A DNA stretch of 64,000 nt from Anolis carolinensis. Taxonomy: Eukaryota. The stretch spans positions 195,463,971-195,527,970 of the forward strand of contig NC_085843.1 of the NCBI RefSeq assembly GCF_035594765.1. The letters run 5' to 3'. The position numbers and the translations under genes were made by a program. The notes under the pieces are model-generated. The model saw nothing but the letters and a program-made list of their open reading frames with translations, was not told the DNA's origin and ran no database searches. This document shows positions 48,721 through 62,761 of the stretch, one piece after another. Numbering within the stretch: position 1 is the first letter of the stretch; the number at the start of each line of letters is the position of its first letter.

Positions 48721-50665
48721 AATTATTCACAGCAATAGTCCATTTATATATAGAGGCAGGTTCAGTGTCTTTGGAATGGGGAAATAAGTAAACAGTTTAG
48801 TCATATTCATATTTGGTTATAAAATCACACAAAAACATGAAGGGGATTGAGCAAAGAATTTAGTTCTTGTTTATTCTAAGATCTAAAACATTAAAACAAA
48901 TGCCATTTATTTCTTGCTGGAACTTTTTGAATTCCCAGGTTTCTGAGAACCGACATCTGGAGAAATAACTTTTCCATGCTTCTCTGTTACTACAGAACAT
49001 GCTTTTTTATTATGATGATTTTAGATTCCATCCTATTTCATGCTATTTCTTTTGTCCTGGTCAACTTGCTACCTAAAAAATAAGTTCTTTCTTTTGCATT
49101 CTCTACTTGGAGAAAAAAGCCGTGTAAGGAGAGTGGAAAAAGACAAGAGAAGGGGGCAAACAGAGGTGAGCTGACAACCAACCATTCATACTGGTTTCCA
49201 TATAACTGTTCAGAGTATCTGCCTATTCTATAAATAGCACAAACCAGACCTTTAATTTTGGCTCATGTATGTGGTTTTAGATAAACCGAGCATCACCAGC
49301 TACAACACAAAATTGTTTTCCCCCTCATGGAATGGGGTCCTTATCTTCTTTTAGGAAATGACAACATGAACAAATTTGCTTTTCCAGGGTGCAGAAACCC
49401 ACAGAAATGTAAAAGGTACTCGTAAAAATAATATTGCACTTTTCTTTCCATTGCTCTATTTACTTTTACTTTCCACTTTTGGTAGTGTAAAACTGAAACT
49501 TTTTTGTTGCCACAAATGAGCCATTTATGAAAGGCGGAGGCTAAAATAAATTAGCAACAATTCTTCCTATCAATAAACAAGTACATTCGCACCATACAAT
49601 CCTGACTTTGTCACATTCAGTAGGCAATCTGGTAACCTCAGGTATGGGCCAGATGGTTTGCATTAGAATGGTGCCTGAAGAATAAACATCGCTGTCTGAA
49701 AGCTACACTTATTTGATCCAGCCAGACAATTCACAGAAGGAGCAATGGCCTATAAGCTGCTAAGGAAATCCTACCTTACTAGAGCAGAAAATACACTCTT
49801 TGTCCTTTAGTAAAAGCCAATGACTTCTCTTGGGGCTAGAGTGACTAATACGTATATAGCTACACCTAGGATCACGGACTTGCTCCAAATAGCACTAGTT
49901 AAGAGTGACTCATTGCTTCACAGTCAAACCAAGAAATTGGAACCAAATTATGAACTATTATATGTGGCTCCAGTGGAAAATATAGTCAGCCACATGGTCA
50001 TTTCTAAGCGCCCTAAAAAGTAACCTTTCTATGAAAATCCTTGGAATTCCCCAGAACACCTCATCCTCACCCAGAAAAATTCACCATAATTCCTACACAA
50101 TGAATTAGGAAGAATGGGAGAGAGACATACAATGAATTTGAGTCAGAGTCTTTGGGGTTTCCTTTATTCATCTGGCATGATATTATCTGGGCTAGTCTGG
50201 GAATGTTCCATTTTCCCAGTTCTCGATATTAGCTCCCCTCAAATGCTCCAGTGAAAGTTTACTGAATTTCTTGCCAACACAAAGAGCCAATCAGTGATGA
50301 CATCTGAAAAAAATACTTTAACCACTCAGTGTTATGGGTTTGTGAAAAAAAACTGTGTGCAGTCCTGTCCAGACTTATCCAGCCCTTTTGTGCATCCGCA
50401 ATGAGCAAAAGAAACAAGCCAGGAAAATGGAAAAATCAAAGTTTACTCTTAAGTAGCAGAGTCAAAAAACACAAAACCTCCAGCTTCAAAATAACTCAGT
50501 CCATCTGAAGCAAAAAACAAAACAAAACAAAAAAAACCTCACGTAAAGTTCTTTGCATTGAATTCATGCATCTTCTTTGGAGATTTCGTCATAGTAGGCT
50601 CTCAGCAAGGTCTGAAGCAGGTGATTCAGTAAGTCCCAAAAAACATTACAAACATTCCCCCAAGT

Positions 50666-50875
50666 TATTTATTTATTTATTTTTATCTACAGCATTTATA
50701 TTCCACCCTTCTCACCCCAAAGGGGACTCAGGGCGGATCACATTACACATATAGGCAAACATTCAATGCCTTTTAACACAGAACAAAGACAAGACAAACA
50801 TAGGCTCCAAGCGGGCCTCGAACTCATGACCTCCTGGTCAGAGTGATTCATTGCAGCTGGTTGCAGCTGGCTTGC
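50666..50875 (-). mobile_element. Short variant of L2-tailed tRNA SINE
   Basis: Shares head (GAACTCATGACCTC) and tail with 29142-29620 but lacks the middle. Confidence 0.75.
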
Positions 50876-51577
50876 CTTTATACCCCATTCAGGGAGTGGT
50901 TCAAGCTTGTTAGCCTTGATTGTTCTAATTACTCAACCATGAGTTGTAACTGACCAGGTGTTTTTCCCTTAACACACACACACACACAAGTAGTGATTCC
51001 ACATAAACTTAGTCAAATACATGCATATACAGCAATTCTCAGAACGTGGATCTTAGCTAGATGGTTTCTGAGCCAATAAGGAGTTAGTGAGGGTTTCTTG
51101 AATAGATGTCAAAGAAAATAAAATGCTCTTTATTTTCAATTGTGTTATGTCAGTTCTTTGGAAGTTATCTCCACTGACATCCTCTGTGACCATTGAGAAT
51201 AAAGTTTCTGATTTTCCCTTCAACCAGTCCGTGTCTCATTCGGGCTTCTAGAAAGCTAGACACTGGGCATCCGAACCTGCAATTTAATGGAGCTGAAATC
51301 ACATAGCACCAGCACATCCCAATAACCTGACTGTAAAAATGGGTCATGCGCCAAGAGAAAGGGAAATTAAATAAATCAATAACTAGTTGATTATAAAGAC
51401 ATGAAAATATTCCTGTGGCTGCAAAAGGTCCAGGTTAATTGTTGCTACTCTGTGCTGTCAAGTTGGGGAAATCTGGAATATAATCACCACCACCACCATA
51501 ATCTTCAGTTTTTATGTAGAGTGTTACTGGTGGATTACCAGAAATATTTGCTTAGGGTAGATATATCACTTTTTTAA

Positions 51578-51996
51578 CCCTGTTTCCCCTAAAATAAGAC
51601 ATCCCCAGAAAATAAGACCTAGTAGAGGTTTTGCTGAATTGCTAAATATAAGGCCCCCCCTGAAAATAAGACCTAGCAAAGTTTTTGTTTGGAAGCATGC
51701 CCGCCAAACAGAACACCAGAGCATGCAGGATCGGTAAATGTATGTACCATAAAGTGTTGTACATGGAAATATTGGTAGTAACAAGAAATTCTTGATAGGA
51801 TTCACAGTTTGTCTGGTTATGCTGGTTTATGATGACAACTACTGTATAGTATATAATAAATGTTCATTTTTTTGTTCACCAATAAATGTGAATTATTCTT
51901 CATGGAAAAATAAGACATCCCTTGAAAATAATACCTAGTGCATCTTTGGGAGCAAAAATTAATATAAGATACTGTCTTATTTTCGGGGAAACACAG
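51578..51996. mobile_element. pogo/Tigger-like MITE
   Basis: TIR TGTTTCCCC(T/G)AAAATAAGACA, repeated AAAATAAGAC subterminal motifs, TA at right end. Confidence 0.8.
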
Positions 51997-52024
51997 TAGT
52001 TCATATGTGTTTAGTTTCTATTTT

Positions 52025-53160
52025 TTATTTTATTTAATTTATTCTCTGCCTTTCTTGCAGGATGAGATTCAAAGTGGCTTCCAGAAGCTTAAACAAGCTT
52101 AAATTAAAATTTCATTCTACAATAGCTTTAAAAAGAATTACTTAAAACATACCAAATTTAAACCATCATTAAAAAGGAGAAACACATTTCAAAAATAATT
52201 ACTAAGAATAGATGAAAACAAAATACAGCACGCTACTTCACACACACTACTTCTGAATAATTTTAAACCCTTAGACCTGCCTAAATAAGATCTAAACCTG
52301 TTAATAGAAAAAGACTAGGGAGGAGACCAGTTAAATCTCCTGTGGCAGCATGTTCCACAGCCTGGGCCAAATGTGCCTGAGAAGGTGGTGAGATGAAGAA
52401 AAAGCCCTCTTTTGCAAAGGTTGCTCTGGCTTGTATAAGGAGATATGATCTTTCAGATAATCTGAACACAGGCCATGTAGGACTTTTAAGACCAAAATCA
52501 GTACAATGTTCCCTCACTTATTTCTGGGGTTAGGTTCCAGGACCACCCATAATAAGTGAAAATCTGCGAAGTAGGGACATTATATTTATTTTAATATTTA
52601 TACATTATTTGAGTAGTTATACACTATTTTAAGTCTTTATCAACCAATCGTGTGTTGATAAATCGCCTTCTTCTCCTCCCGTTGCCGCTTGGGCTCCTTT
52701 TCTCGCTCTTTGGCTTTTCCTTCCTCCCTTCCTTAGGCTGTAAATTGTAATTTTTTTATGATTTATAATAGTCTTTTCGGGTTTATTGAAAAACCGCTAA
52801 ACAGCGAATCCGCGAAAAGTGAACCGAGAAGTAGTGAGGGAACACTGTACTCTGAATTGTGCCCAGAAAGTGGCAACCTGTTTAAGTTGTTTCAATAATG
52901 CAATTACATGAACCCTATAATTAGTCTCAGTCAAAAGCCTAGGCACAGAATTTTAAACCGATTGAAGCTTCTAAACAGTTTCCAAAAGCAGCCCCACATA
53001 AAGTGCATTAGTGTAATCCAAACAAAATGTAATCAATGCATGTGTGACTTCTCAAAAAATGGGTGCATTTAGCACACTAGTTTTCACTGTACAGATACAT
53101 TCCTGGCCATTGCCAAAGCCTGAGCATCCAGGTTCAGTTCTGAAGTTGTCCACCCTTGAT
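52025..53160 (-). mobile_element. Decayed L2 LINE 3' part
   Basis: VTHALITFCLDYTNALYVGL-like motif at 52985-53048. Confidence 0.7.
52504..52847. mobile_element. Tigger-like MITE nested in L2
   Basis: TIR CA(A/G)TGTTCCCTCACT, TA duplication. Confidence 0.85.
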
Positions 53161-53229
53161 TTGGAACAATGTTAGACAACTTATAGCCCTCCTGATATTG
53201 ATATAGTGCAAATTCCATTAAGCCAGTAG

Positions 53230-53498
53230 ATTTTTTTTATTGTGTCAGAAGCAACTTGAGAACATACTGGAAGTTGCTTCTGGTGTGAGAGAATTGGCAG
53301 TCTACAGAGACATTGCCTAGGGGACGCCTGGATGTGTTAGCTGGGAAGTTTCTCACAGGTCCCCACAAGCTAGAGTTGACAGATGAGAGCTAACTCTGTC
53401 TTGCGGATTTGAACTGGCAACCTTCAAGTCGGCAACCCAACCTTCAGGTGAACAGTTCAACTGGCACAAGAGTTTAACCCATTGTGCCACCACTGCTC
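53230..53498 (-). mobile_element. tRNA-derived SINE with Vingi-like tail
   Basis: TSD TTA(A/G)GCCAGTAG. Confidence 0.85.
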
Positions 53499-53664
53499 TT
53501 AGGCCAGTAGTGAGGGATCACGGAAGTTGCCACATTTGTATGGCCAGATTTTATTACTAGCAGGAAAGAGTAACAAAGATATACTTTGAAAGCGAAGCAC
53601 TGAACACTTATATTTTTACTGACAAACAAGATCTCCAAACAACTTGAACACACAAGCCACACTT

Positions 53665-53852
53665 TGAATTATGGTGATCCCATGGATTTTTCAAAGGGCT
53701 TTCTTAAGTAAGAAATATTCAAAGATGTTTTTTCTGTGCTTTTCTCTGAAATATAGTCTACAGCACCTAGTATTCATTGGCAGTCGCCCATCCAATTACA
53801 AATCTGATCTGACTCTACTTGCTTCCAAGATCAGACAAGATCTGGTGCCTTT
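53665..53852 (-). mobile_element. 5S rRNA-derived SINE (SINE3 type)
   Basis: Minus strand GATCTTGTCTGATCTTGGAAGC...TTGGATGGGCGACTGCC..GAATACTAGGTGCTGTAGACT aligns to 5S rRNA, followed by RTE-like tail. Confidence 0.8.
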
Positions 53853-55006
53853 ACATATTTACACTCACAAAACACTTGGAATAATTGTTTAATGATTCAG
53901 TTCAAAAGATTTGGGTAATTTTGTCCTGAGTATTTCACATGAATTTCTAGCTGTGTGGAATGGGTCTAGTCTTACCAAAACTAAACTAAACTATACAGAA
54001 TGATATAAATAAATTAGTTGGGTATAATTAATAATTTTTAGCATGACAGTAACAGAAATGCCAAAAAAGATAACTACGCGATCTAATTAAACTTATTCTT
54101 TGTTTCTCTAGATAAGAAAACTGGACGAAGCAGAAGTAAACATGAAGGAGCCAATGTTTGGATAATATTTAAAGACTGCAAATTATTTGAAAATTCCTCT
54201 ATTTTAATGGTGCTGTACTGTTAGAAGTCTTCGAACTTGAAGGCAGTTAGTCATGTTTACAATGTTAAGAGATAGGAGCTGAATTCCATTTTGCATACTG
54301 CATTGGGGGAGTTTTATTTTAAGACTACAAGAATTGTAAAAAAATAATAATCATTGTGCCTGTAATTAGGAACAAAGAGAAGCAGTATAAACAATAAGGC
54401 AAAACATTAGAAAAACTGTTACTTCATCCTTGCAACCAAAAATCGTAGTTGCAAAGCCATGTGTCCAACTTACACCATCATAATTCACCAACAGGGTGGA
54501 TAAGGAATTCTTTGCAATTAGGGGAACAAAAACTTTTACTATTGTATTTATATTGAGGGCTGTATACCCATATAGAGAGAGTGTAAAGCTGGCCAATCTA
54601 CCAACAACATGAGGAAGCTGCTGGCCATTGGGTGGTTGTTACTAGTGGCCATTTGGGGTGGTAGGCAGAGTTATAACTGCATGTCATACATTAGCCATTG
54701 CACTGTTATGCAGAATCTTTATGTAAGGGAGAGTTAATGGATACTACTACATTACACAACGCTGTAAAAACTAGATCCCCTAACGTAACACCCAATTATG
54801 TTGGCATTAAGCGCTAAGAAAATCCAGGATGCTTTCTGTAACATAGGTACATCGGGATGTGTATATCTATTCCAAAATCTTAGAGTCAGTTGTCTATTCC
54901 AGATACATGTATTACTTAATGTGTTTGTGTAATTGAATGCTATATGTGAAATTCAGTAACAGGACAACCGTTTCAAGAAACTATATTGCATGTACCTCCT
55001 TAAATA

Positions 55007-55884
55007 TGAGGGTTATCTGGAAAATCAGGTTACAAGATTTTCTTAAAATAGAAAGAATGAATATATTTGAATAAAACTTACATGGATTATAGCATAGGTA
55101 TTACATTATTTTTCCACATAATCGCCACTCAGTTCAATACATTTTGTCATTCGTGGGACGAGTTTTCTGATGCCTGTGTCATAGAATCTCCCTCTGCCCT
55201 TTTCAGCCAGTTCGTCACTTCAATTTTTACCTCATTGTCATTGGAAAAGTGTTTTCCACCCAGGTTTGACTTCATTTGGTTGGGATGTTTTAAGCTACCC
55301 CTCTCCCAACCCCAATCTCGCACTCGGTGACTATCATCTGTTCACTAAATTGAGGAACACCTGGATGGAAAACACTTTTCCAATGATGACGAGGTGAAAA
55401 TTGAAGTGACAAACTGGCTGAAAAAGGCGGATGGGGATTCAATGACACCGACATTTAAAAACTCATCCCATGGATGACAAAATGTATTGAACTGAATGGT
55501 TTTGTTTTTTTGTGTCAGGATCGACTTGAAAAACTGCAGGTCGCTTCTGGTGTGAGAGAATTGGCCATCTGCAAGGATGTTGCCCAGGAACGCCCAGATG
55601 TTTTAATGTTTTTACCATCCTTGTGGGAGGCTGCTCTCATTTTCTCCTATGGAGCTGGAGCTGATAGAGGGAGCTCATCCATACCAGCAACCTTCAGCTC
55701 AGCAACCCAACCTTCAAGTTATCAATTCTGCCACCACAAGGGTTTAACCCACTGCACCACCGGGGGCTGAATGGTGATTATGTGGAAAAAGAATGTAATG
55801 CCTATACTATAATCCGTGTAAATTTTATTAAAATATATTCATTCTTTGTATTTAAAAAATCTTCTAATCTTACTTTCAGGATTA
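55007..55884. mobile_element. Fold-back mariner-derived element made of two inverted transposase 3' ends
   Basis: DYHLF...KHFSNDDEVKIEVTNWLKK...TKCIELNG|DYVEK on plus strand; inverted copy at ~55105-55265; TA|TGAGGGTTATC start. Confidence 0.8.
55501..55766 (-). mobile_element. tRNA-derived SINE nested in the mariner element
   Basis: TSD CTGAATGGT (55492-55500/55767-55775). Confidence 0.88.
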
Positions 55885-57155
55885 GAGAATGGAATATTCC
55901 TCCTCTGTCCTTCTCCCCATTCCCTTTCGCTATTCTCAAGATAGCTGTTTTTCTTTTCTTTTATACATATCATTCAATCTTTTTTTCTTTTTCATACTGA
56001 AATTGAGTAATTAAAATACAAATAATAATTAAAAATTAGGGCACCACAGTAATGCAAGAAAGCAGGATTGTGAAAGTATGCAGAAGTATGATCATGGAAA
56101 CACAAAATGGCTAATTGACACAACTGCACTATTGAAAAGAAGTGTGATATCAAAGGTGTTCAACCTGCTGTAAAACTGTGACTGCAACAGAATGGTGTGT
56201 TAGTGCGATAAATTCCTCAGCCTTTTGAGTTATAATTTCTCTCCTGAACGGCAACAGCTAATACATGTGATTGCAAGCATTCTTCTGCATTTTCCAATAT
56301 TTACTTTATTGAATACATTTATTGCATCCCTTTCAAATATTTTTTTTCTATTTCTCTTCAACCTTCCACTCTCATTCTCGTTTTCTATCCAACTTTTCTC
56401 CCAATATTAATCAGCTCAATAACATAGATTAAAACAAACAGGGCAGCACAGAGAGAAGTGTCACTTTTCTGCTTTTCTGGAATGTAAAATGATATTCAAC
56501 CACTTGTACAATCTTATATTACCCAGTGAATTACTGTGCATTTCTACTTAGTTCATACAAACAGCATGAAAAAAATAAAGACAACATCTGAAAGTATCAC
56601 AAAACCAAGTACAAGAGCACTCGTATCGCCCTTTTGTATTTCCCTTGGAGTACCTGCGGTTTCATACCAGTGAATACATGACAGCTAGCCTTCTAAGTTC
56701 TGACAGATACCCATGTATATGTGGAATAGATATCTATTTCAAAACACAACAGGGAAGAAAGAGATGAGTAACTTCCCAGGAGTCTGACAACATCCAGGCT
56801 TAAAACCTTTTTGAAATATGAAATTTCAAATGTACGGATATATCCACATTAAGGCCAATGTAGATACAATGCCAATTTTTCTCTCAAGCACGGTTAAGGG
56901 ATCCAGTTTAGATGATAGAAATGTGCATTCCTTTCCTTATACAACTACTTGTATCTCAACAATAATACCTCCAGCCTTCCAAGCCAGTTTTAACTATAAT
57001 TAAAATATTATATTATCAGGAATTTTTAAGCATGTTGTAGTGATTTGAGCATTCAATACAACTCTAGAAGACAGGATTCAAATTCTGGCTTGGCCATGGA
57101 ATTCCATAGGTAACCTTGGATATATCACATGCTCCTAATCCCAAAGAAAGACAAA

Positions 57156-57345
57156 GTAAGGAAGTAAGGAAGTAAGGAAGTAAAACTTTATTTATATACT
57201 GCTCTATCTCCCCGAAGGGACTCAGGGTGGTTTCCAATCATAAATACAACAACACACGCTATAAAACAGCACAATAGACACATTGTTTAAACAAGATAAA
57301 ACCTATACAACTCATAGGACAATAAAAACAATAAATAACAATCAC
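57156..57345 (-). mobile_element. L2-type 3' end remnant with (GTAAGGAA)3 tail repeat
   Basis: CTCCCCGAAGGGACTCAGGGTGG motif. Confidence 0.6.
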
Positions 57346-58289
57346 AACGATCGATCAAGAGAACAAGGATCATTAACCAAATGGGTTAACATGGTCCGTT
57401 ATTAAGGATAAAAGAACCAAAGAACCAAGGCTGGAATTGATGGAGGAGAAAGTAACATTTTCTATGCAGAAATGCTGTTTTCTGTTCAAAATGGCACATG
57501 CAAAATTTATCCAGAATACGCTTGAAATGGTTCTCAAAAGCTGAACGTCAAGGCAATCTTGCAAAATTTGACATTTCTTAAAAATATTTGGTTTTGTCTT
57601 TTGTCGTATTTAATTCATTGTGTTTCACACTTTTATAATTTATAAAAAGCATTTAAAACTATGATTTGCTAAGCTATCTCTAAGAGCAATGGAACATCTG
57701 AGAGAAATATGAAACATGTGCCTATTCTGGTGGGTTTGTTTTAACAGCACTGATCCGTGGTATACCCTCTTAACCTAAGGGAGGAAAAAGCATAAATAAA
57801 AATGTTTTTAAAAGCTGTGGTTTTATCAAATATTGAAGAGAACACACATTTTAGGACATGAATATTTAATCATATCCATGGTAGATATAAAATATTTCTA
57901 AGATAGATGTTACAGGGGACTTAATAAACTGTAAATAACAACTTTAGCAACAAAAATAGCAGGTGAAGATTTGCCATATAGCTGAACAACGTTAGCACGT
58001 ATTTGAAAGCTCCAGAAGGACAGTACAGATCTAAACCATAACTAATGTCAACATTGTGTAGATCATTTGGCAACATAGGGGAGAACTTTCTCTGTTGTGG
58101 ATTCCCAGTTGTGGAAAACTTTCCCTTGACACAGAGCTGTCACCAGCAGCAATAGATTCTTTCTGATATCCAGCAAAAACCTGTTTACTCAAGTGTTTCA
58201 TATCAATTTAAGACGGCAAGTCCCATAAGTTTAGATAATTTGTGTCTCTTGTTGTATTTTGTAGTTTTGTTAGGGCATTTTTTTTTACT

Positions 58290-58620
58290 TTGCCCTTTGT
58301 GTTCACAGATGCTATGTCCACAGATTCAACCATCCACAGCCTTAAAATATGCAAAACAATTCAAGAAGCGAATCTTTAATTTCCCATTAGATATAAGAGG
58401 CACCGTTCTACATTCTGCATTCATAGATTCTACCATTCACAGTTTAAAAAATTCCAAAATAAAAAATAACCTTGATTTTGACATTTCAAATAAGGGAAGC
58501 TATTTTACTATTTTAATTTACTGTATGTAATAGGACTTGAGAATTCACAGGTATTTGGTACCCATGGGGAAAGGGAGGCTGTCCTAAAATGAAACACCAG
58601 TGGATACCAAGGTTCCACCA
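58290..58620. mobile_element. Old Tigger/MER2-like MITE remnant
   Basis: CAGATTCAACCATCCACAG and GGATACCAAGGTTCCAC motifs. Confidence 0.5.
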
Positions 58621-58732
58621 TAATGCACAATTTTAAAAGTAATCATTCAACTGAAACTCCCTGAATTTCACTACACCTCCTAGTTGGGGGATTATTATAA
58701 TTACAGTCTCCTAAAAAAATAACTGTTTCAGC

Positions 58733-59487
58733 AGCAGAAAAGCCCATGGTGACCATGTGGCTGAGATTGCTCAAAAAAGCTCATCTGCTATACTAAAATA
58801 CCTCAAATCAAGAGGGAGACACTACATACCAGTGGCAGTCAAGGCAGTTGCACTATTTCTATACTGTGTCCAGTTAGGACCCTTTTCTGACTGTACCCCA
58901 TTGGAGAGAGTACAGTCCAAATTGTTAAAATCAGCCCTCCAGGCACCAAAGTGTGTCTCTAACACCATCCTATGTCTGGAGACTGGATTCCTGAGAAAAG
59001 AGACCAGGGTGTGGATTGTTATACTGAACTATTAGCTTAGATCAGGGGTCCCCAAACTTTTTAAACAGGGGGCCAGTTCACGGTCCTGCAGACCATTGGA
59101 AGGCCAGACTATAGTTTTTTAAAAACTATGAAAAAATTCCCATGCACACTGCACATATCTTATTTTGAAGTAAAAAACAAAACGGGAACAAATACAGCCT
59201 CAATGTTTATAATAATCATAATCATAACAAAAATAATAAAGAGGGTTGGAAAAGACCCCTTGGACCATTTAGTCCAACCCCCTTCTACCTTTGTGTACCA
59301 AAAGCACAAGCAAAGCACCCCTGACAAATGGCCACCCAGCCTCAATGTTGTTGATGATGATGATGATGATGATGATGGTATTATATCACACAGTCCTAAA
59401 TGCTTTGGAAGTGTTCGACTTGTCATTTTGTGATACAAAATCCAGCATATATATCTTGTTTGCTGTGTTATACTGTGTCCTTCTGTC

Positions 59488-59532
<45 letters not shown>

Positions 59533-60822
59533 GGTTGGAAGAGACCCCTGGGCCATTTAGTCCAATGCCCTTCTGCCTTTGTGCACCAAAAGCACTAGCA
59601 AAGCACCCCTTAATAATTAATAATTAATAAAATAATAATTAAAATACCATTCTAAACAAGTAAAGCTTTGGAAGGCACGCACCAGGTGAGGGAGGAGGTG
59701 GGAAAGGAATGCACCTTTCCCTCCTTCCTCGTGCTGCACATGCCTTCCTCAGCGGAGGAGGAGGGAGCCACCGCCACGGGGGCTGGATAAATGGCTTTGA
59801 TGGGCCTCATGTGGCCCCCGGGCCTCAGCTTGGAGACCCCTGCCTTAGACTATCCCTCTCTCCCTTGGCCTTGCACCTCTTACTATGTTGGATGACTTTC
59901 AGTCCAGATGGGAAAAAGCAATAGCAACCAAAATTTCATCACTGCACTTCTCTCCAGGACTGCTAACCAGTATGGGCTACAACCAAGCCAAATATTTGAT
60001 TAAGCAACAAATAACTGACACTGAGCGCCAATTAGACTTAGCCAATGCTTTATTATCTTAGCCATCCTTTATTATCGGTGGAGACAGTAGGTTTTGTACC
60101 TCTCCTATGAAATATCTAACAATGCTAGAAGTTCCCAGCCATTGGAGGGCCTTCACGCTGGCATGTTGCCAAGCCCTCCCATTTGCCATATTGGAAGGTC
60201 GTAACTGGAAGATCCCATACACCGAGAGACTCAGGACACATAGAGACAATGGAACATGTGCTTCTTCAGAGATATTCGATCCCGCCTCATCACGCCATGG
60301 CTGTACAAACACTCAAGGCGCTCTGGACAATTTTATATCTCTCAGCTGCTTTCATATATCAACTCAGATATAACATAATGTCGCCAAGTTCTGCACAGCC
60401 ATGATTAAAATATGGCAGTCGATGACTAATAGCACAAGCTAGTACAAGTCAAGATTTCAACTAGCAGGAAATTGGGATTATAGTCGTTTAACTATAATAT
60501 GGATGTTGCTCCCTACTCTGTTTGACTGGACTTCCCTTTCCTGTCCCTCATGAGCACCCCAATCTCCCCCCTTTCAGACTTCAACTAATTGTGTCGGGTT
60601 TTGATATGATCCTGCATATGGCTTTGGCTAAGATTCTTGGTTTAATTGTCTTGATGTCCTAGCAATGCACTTATTTTAAGGTTTTAAGTTCTTAAAATTT
60701 AAAAGTTTGAAGTTTGAAGTTTTAGATTTCCTGACCCTTAGACTTGATGTGTTTGTGCAGGACTGTGTCCCTCTTCTTATGAGCTGGTCATTGACCGTAA
60801 TAAACTGAACTTGAACTTGAAC
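58733..60822 (+). mobile_element. RTE-X-like LINE 3' fragment interrupted by hAT element
   Basis: LERVQSKLLKSALQAPKCVSNTILCLETG; RAFTLA...ILEGRNWKIPYTERL; AATAAA plus (GAACTT)n tail; degenerate 13-bp TSD (58720-58732/60823-60835). Confidence 0.75.
59043..59842. mobile_element. Composite non-autonomous hAT element with duplicated CR1-tail pieces and an R4 3' end
   Basis: TIR CAGGGGTC(C/T)CCAA(A/G)CT; TSD GCTTAGAT/CCTTAGAC; R4 3' piece ~59383-59470 matches 26901-26990. Confidence 0.85.
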
Positions 60823-62761
60823 TAACTGTTCCAACTTCTAAAAGAATAAAGTAACTCAATAATATGAATAAGTTGATGCCTTGAATATTTATTATTAAAG
60901 TTGTATATTATTCTTCAATATGATTTGTGTGTTTGTATTCCACTGATCACTTACAATTTCTTTACTCATACCTTTTATTTCCTTCAAACCTCATTTGCTC
61001 TTTTTCCATCCATGCTAACAGTTCTATGTAGGAATACAGTAAATATCTATTGATCTCTAGCAAGTATCCCCAGCACATAGGAGATCTGTTCTTCCACTGG
61101 GATGATTTTTTTTTCAGTTATTACTAAGGCATACTAGGGCTGCCTTGTAGTTCTATCACACAGAACACACACTAATAGCATAAACAAGGAGTGTGGAGCA
61201 CATACAGTAATGAGTGGGTGGTGAAACTTCTCAAATACTAGACAGTGTAAATAGAAATGTTGGCTGATAAACGGAAAACAGAAAAGCAAGGCTTTCAGAG
61301 GTAAGGTAACACGATGGAATGAGCAAACTAGGTCAAAAGATAAACAAGATCTCCCTTTTTCCCTTCTCAAATATTGTGACCATTCCTTTGCTGAAGCTAA
61401 TCCAAAGTATTTACATATTCTGAAAATTTCCATGGATATTCCTCCTTTTGGAAAGGTTCAGCTCCAGGCCAAAAGTAAGGTTTGAAAAAACTGTTCTGTG
61501 AACTGAAAATCTGATGGAATAAAACTGTCCAGTAAAGAACTCCAAATAGAACCTGTAGGTGATTTCAAGTCGCTTTGCACTCCACTTTAACCCACTGTAA
61601 CATGGTAGATTTTGGCTTCTTTGTCCATGAAGGGGTGAATATATTGAGGTAGTCAATAAAAATAAAGTGTCTTCTAAGTGTTAGATGTATTGCTCTTAAA
61701 CTCTTGCTATTAATACAGCCTCTCTTTTTTAATTGGGAAAATATATTTGAAATCCAAGTTCAATCAGTTAGATTTGGATGAAAATGACTTCTTATGATCA
61801 ACAGCAAGGAGCATCTCACTTGTATCTCTTTAAGCAATATTAGAAGCATTTACACACTACTTCAGTGCTGTTACATTATGCTTTAATGTGTTGTTTTATG
61901 TAAAGTATGAATTATCTTTACTTCAGTTCACATTTTCTAGATAGCTGAAATAATTTGACAATTTCTCAACAGGTCTCCATTCCTAATCCAATCATAGTAA
62001 TTTTACCAGAAGCCATAGGCACACCAAAACAGGGTTTTATAGTAAGACCCTCATGAAGATCCTTTGCTGCAAATCACTGGAAGACCTAGTAAATTTCTAC
62101 TGAGATATCACTTGCAACACCAATTGCCCTGAGAAAAATTAATGTGATCTCAGGGATATTGTTATATGTAATAGATATAAACATCAAAGATTTACTGATA
62201 ACAAGTATGTATTTGCAAGGCTTGCTAAGCCAGCCGATTTTCATTTTTATGAAATACAGCTGAAGAATCTTTTGCAAAATCCACTGTAAACAGTGTGCAA
62301 CAGATTCATGTAAATGTCTAAGGACCTCATCAGACGGAGATCCATAATCTGGGGGACAGCAAAGGAATCTGTGCGGCAGTGGCGGAAACTTCATCTACTT
62401 TATCTCCTTATCTTCACAAAATGTTTTTTGGCTGCCCGTGGCTTGCGAATGAGAATATAGGTAGTCAGTCACCCATGTTGCCAGTGCAACCTCTGACCAT
62501 ACTGCTGAGATGGAGCCAGGACAGAGACCCGCCAGAAGTAGCCCTGCATCATGTGATGGGCTCCATCAGGCTCCATCCTGGTTGTGTCCTAGAATGGGGA
62601 AAAAGCCTCATGTGATGAAAAAAATTCAGAAAATATCTTGGGACTCCCACATTGAGTCAAGAGGTTGGGATGCACAGTTTAAGATGCAGCTGGGCAAAAC
62701 CAGGTGCCTACAAAAGCTCTGGCTAACCAAAAGGTCTTGATTGCTGATCTGTAAGGAACTT

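Noticed and set aside
53756-53852. 5S rRNA gene
   Set aside because: Too diverged and fused to a retroposon tail; it is a SINE head.
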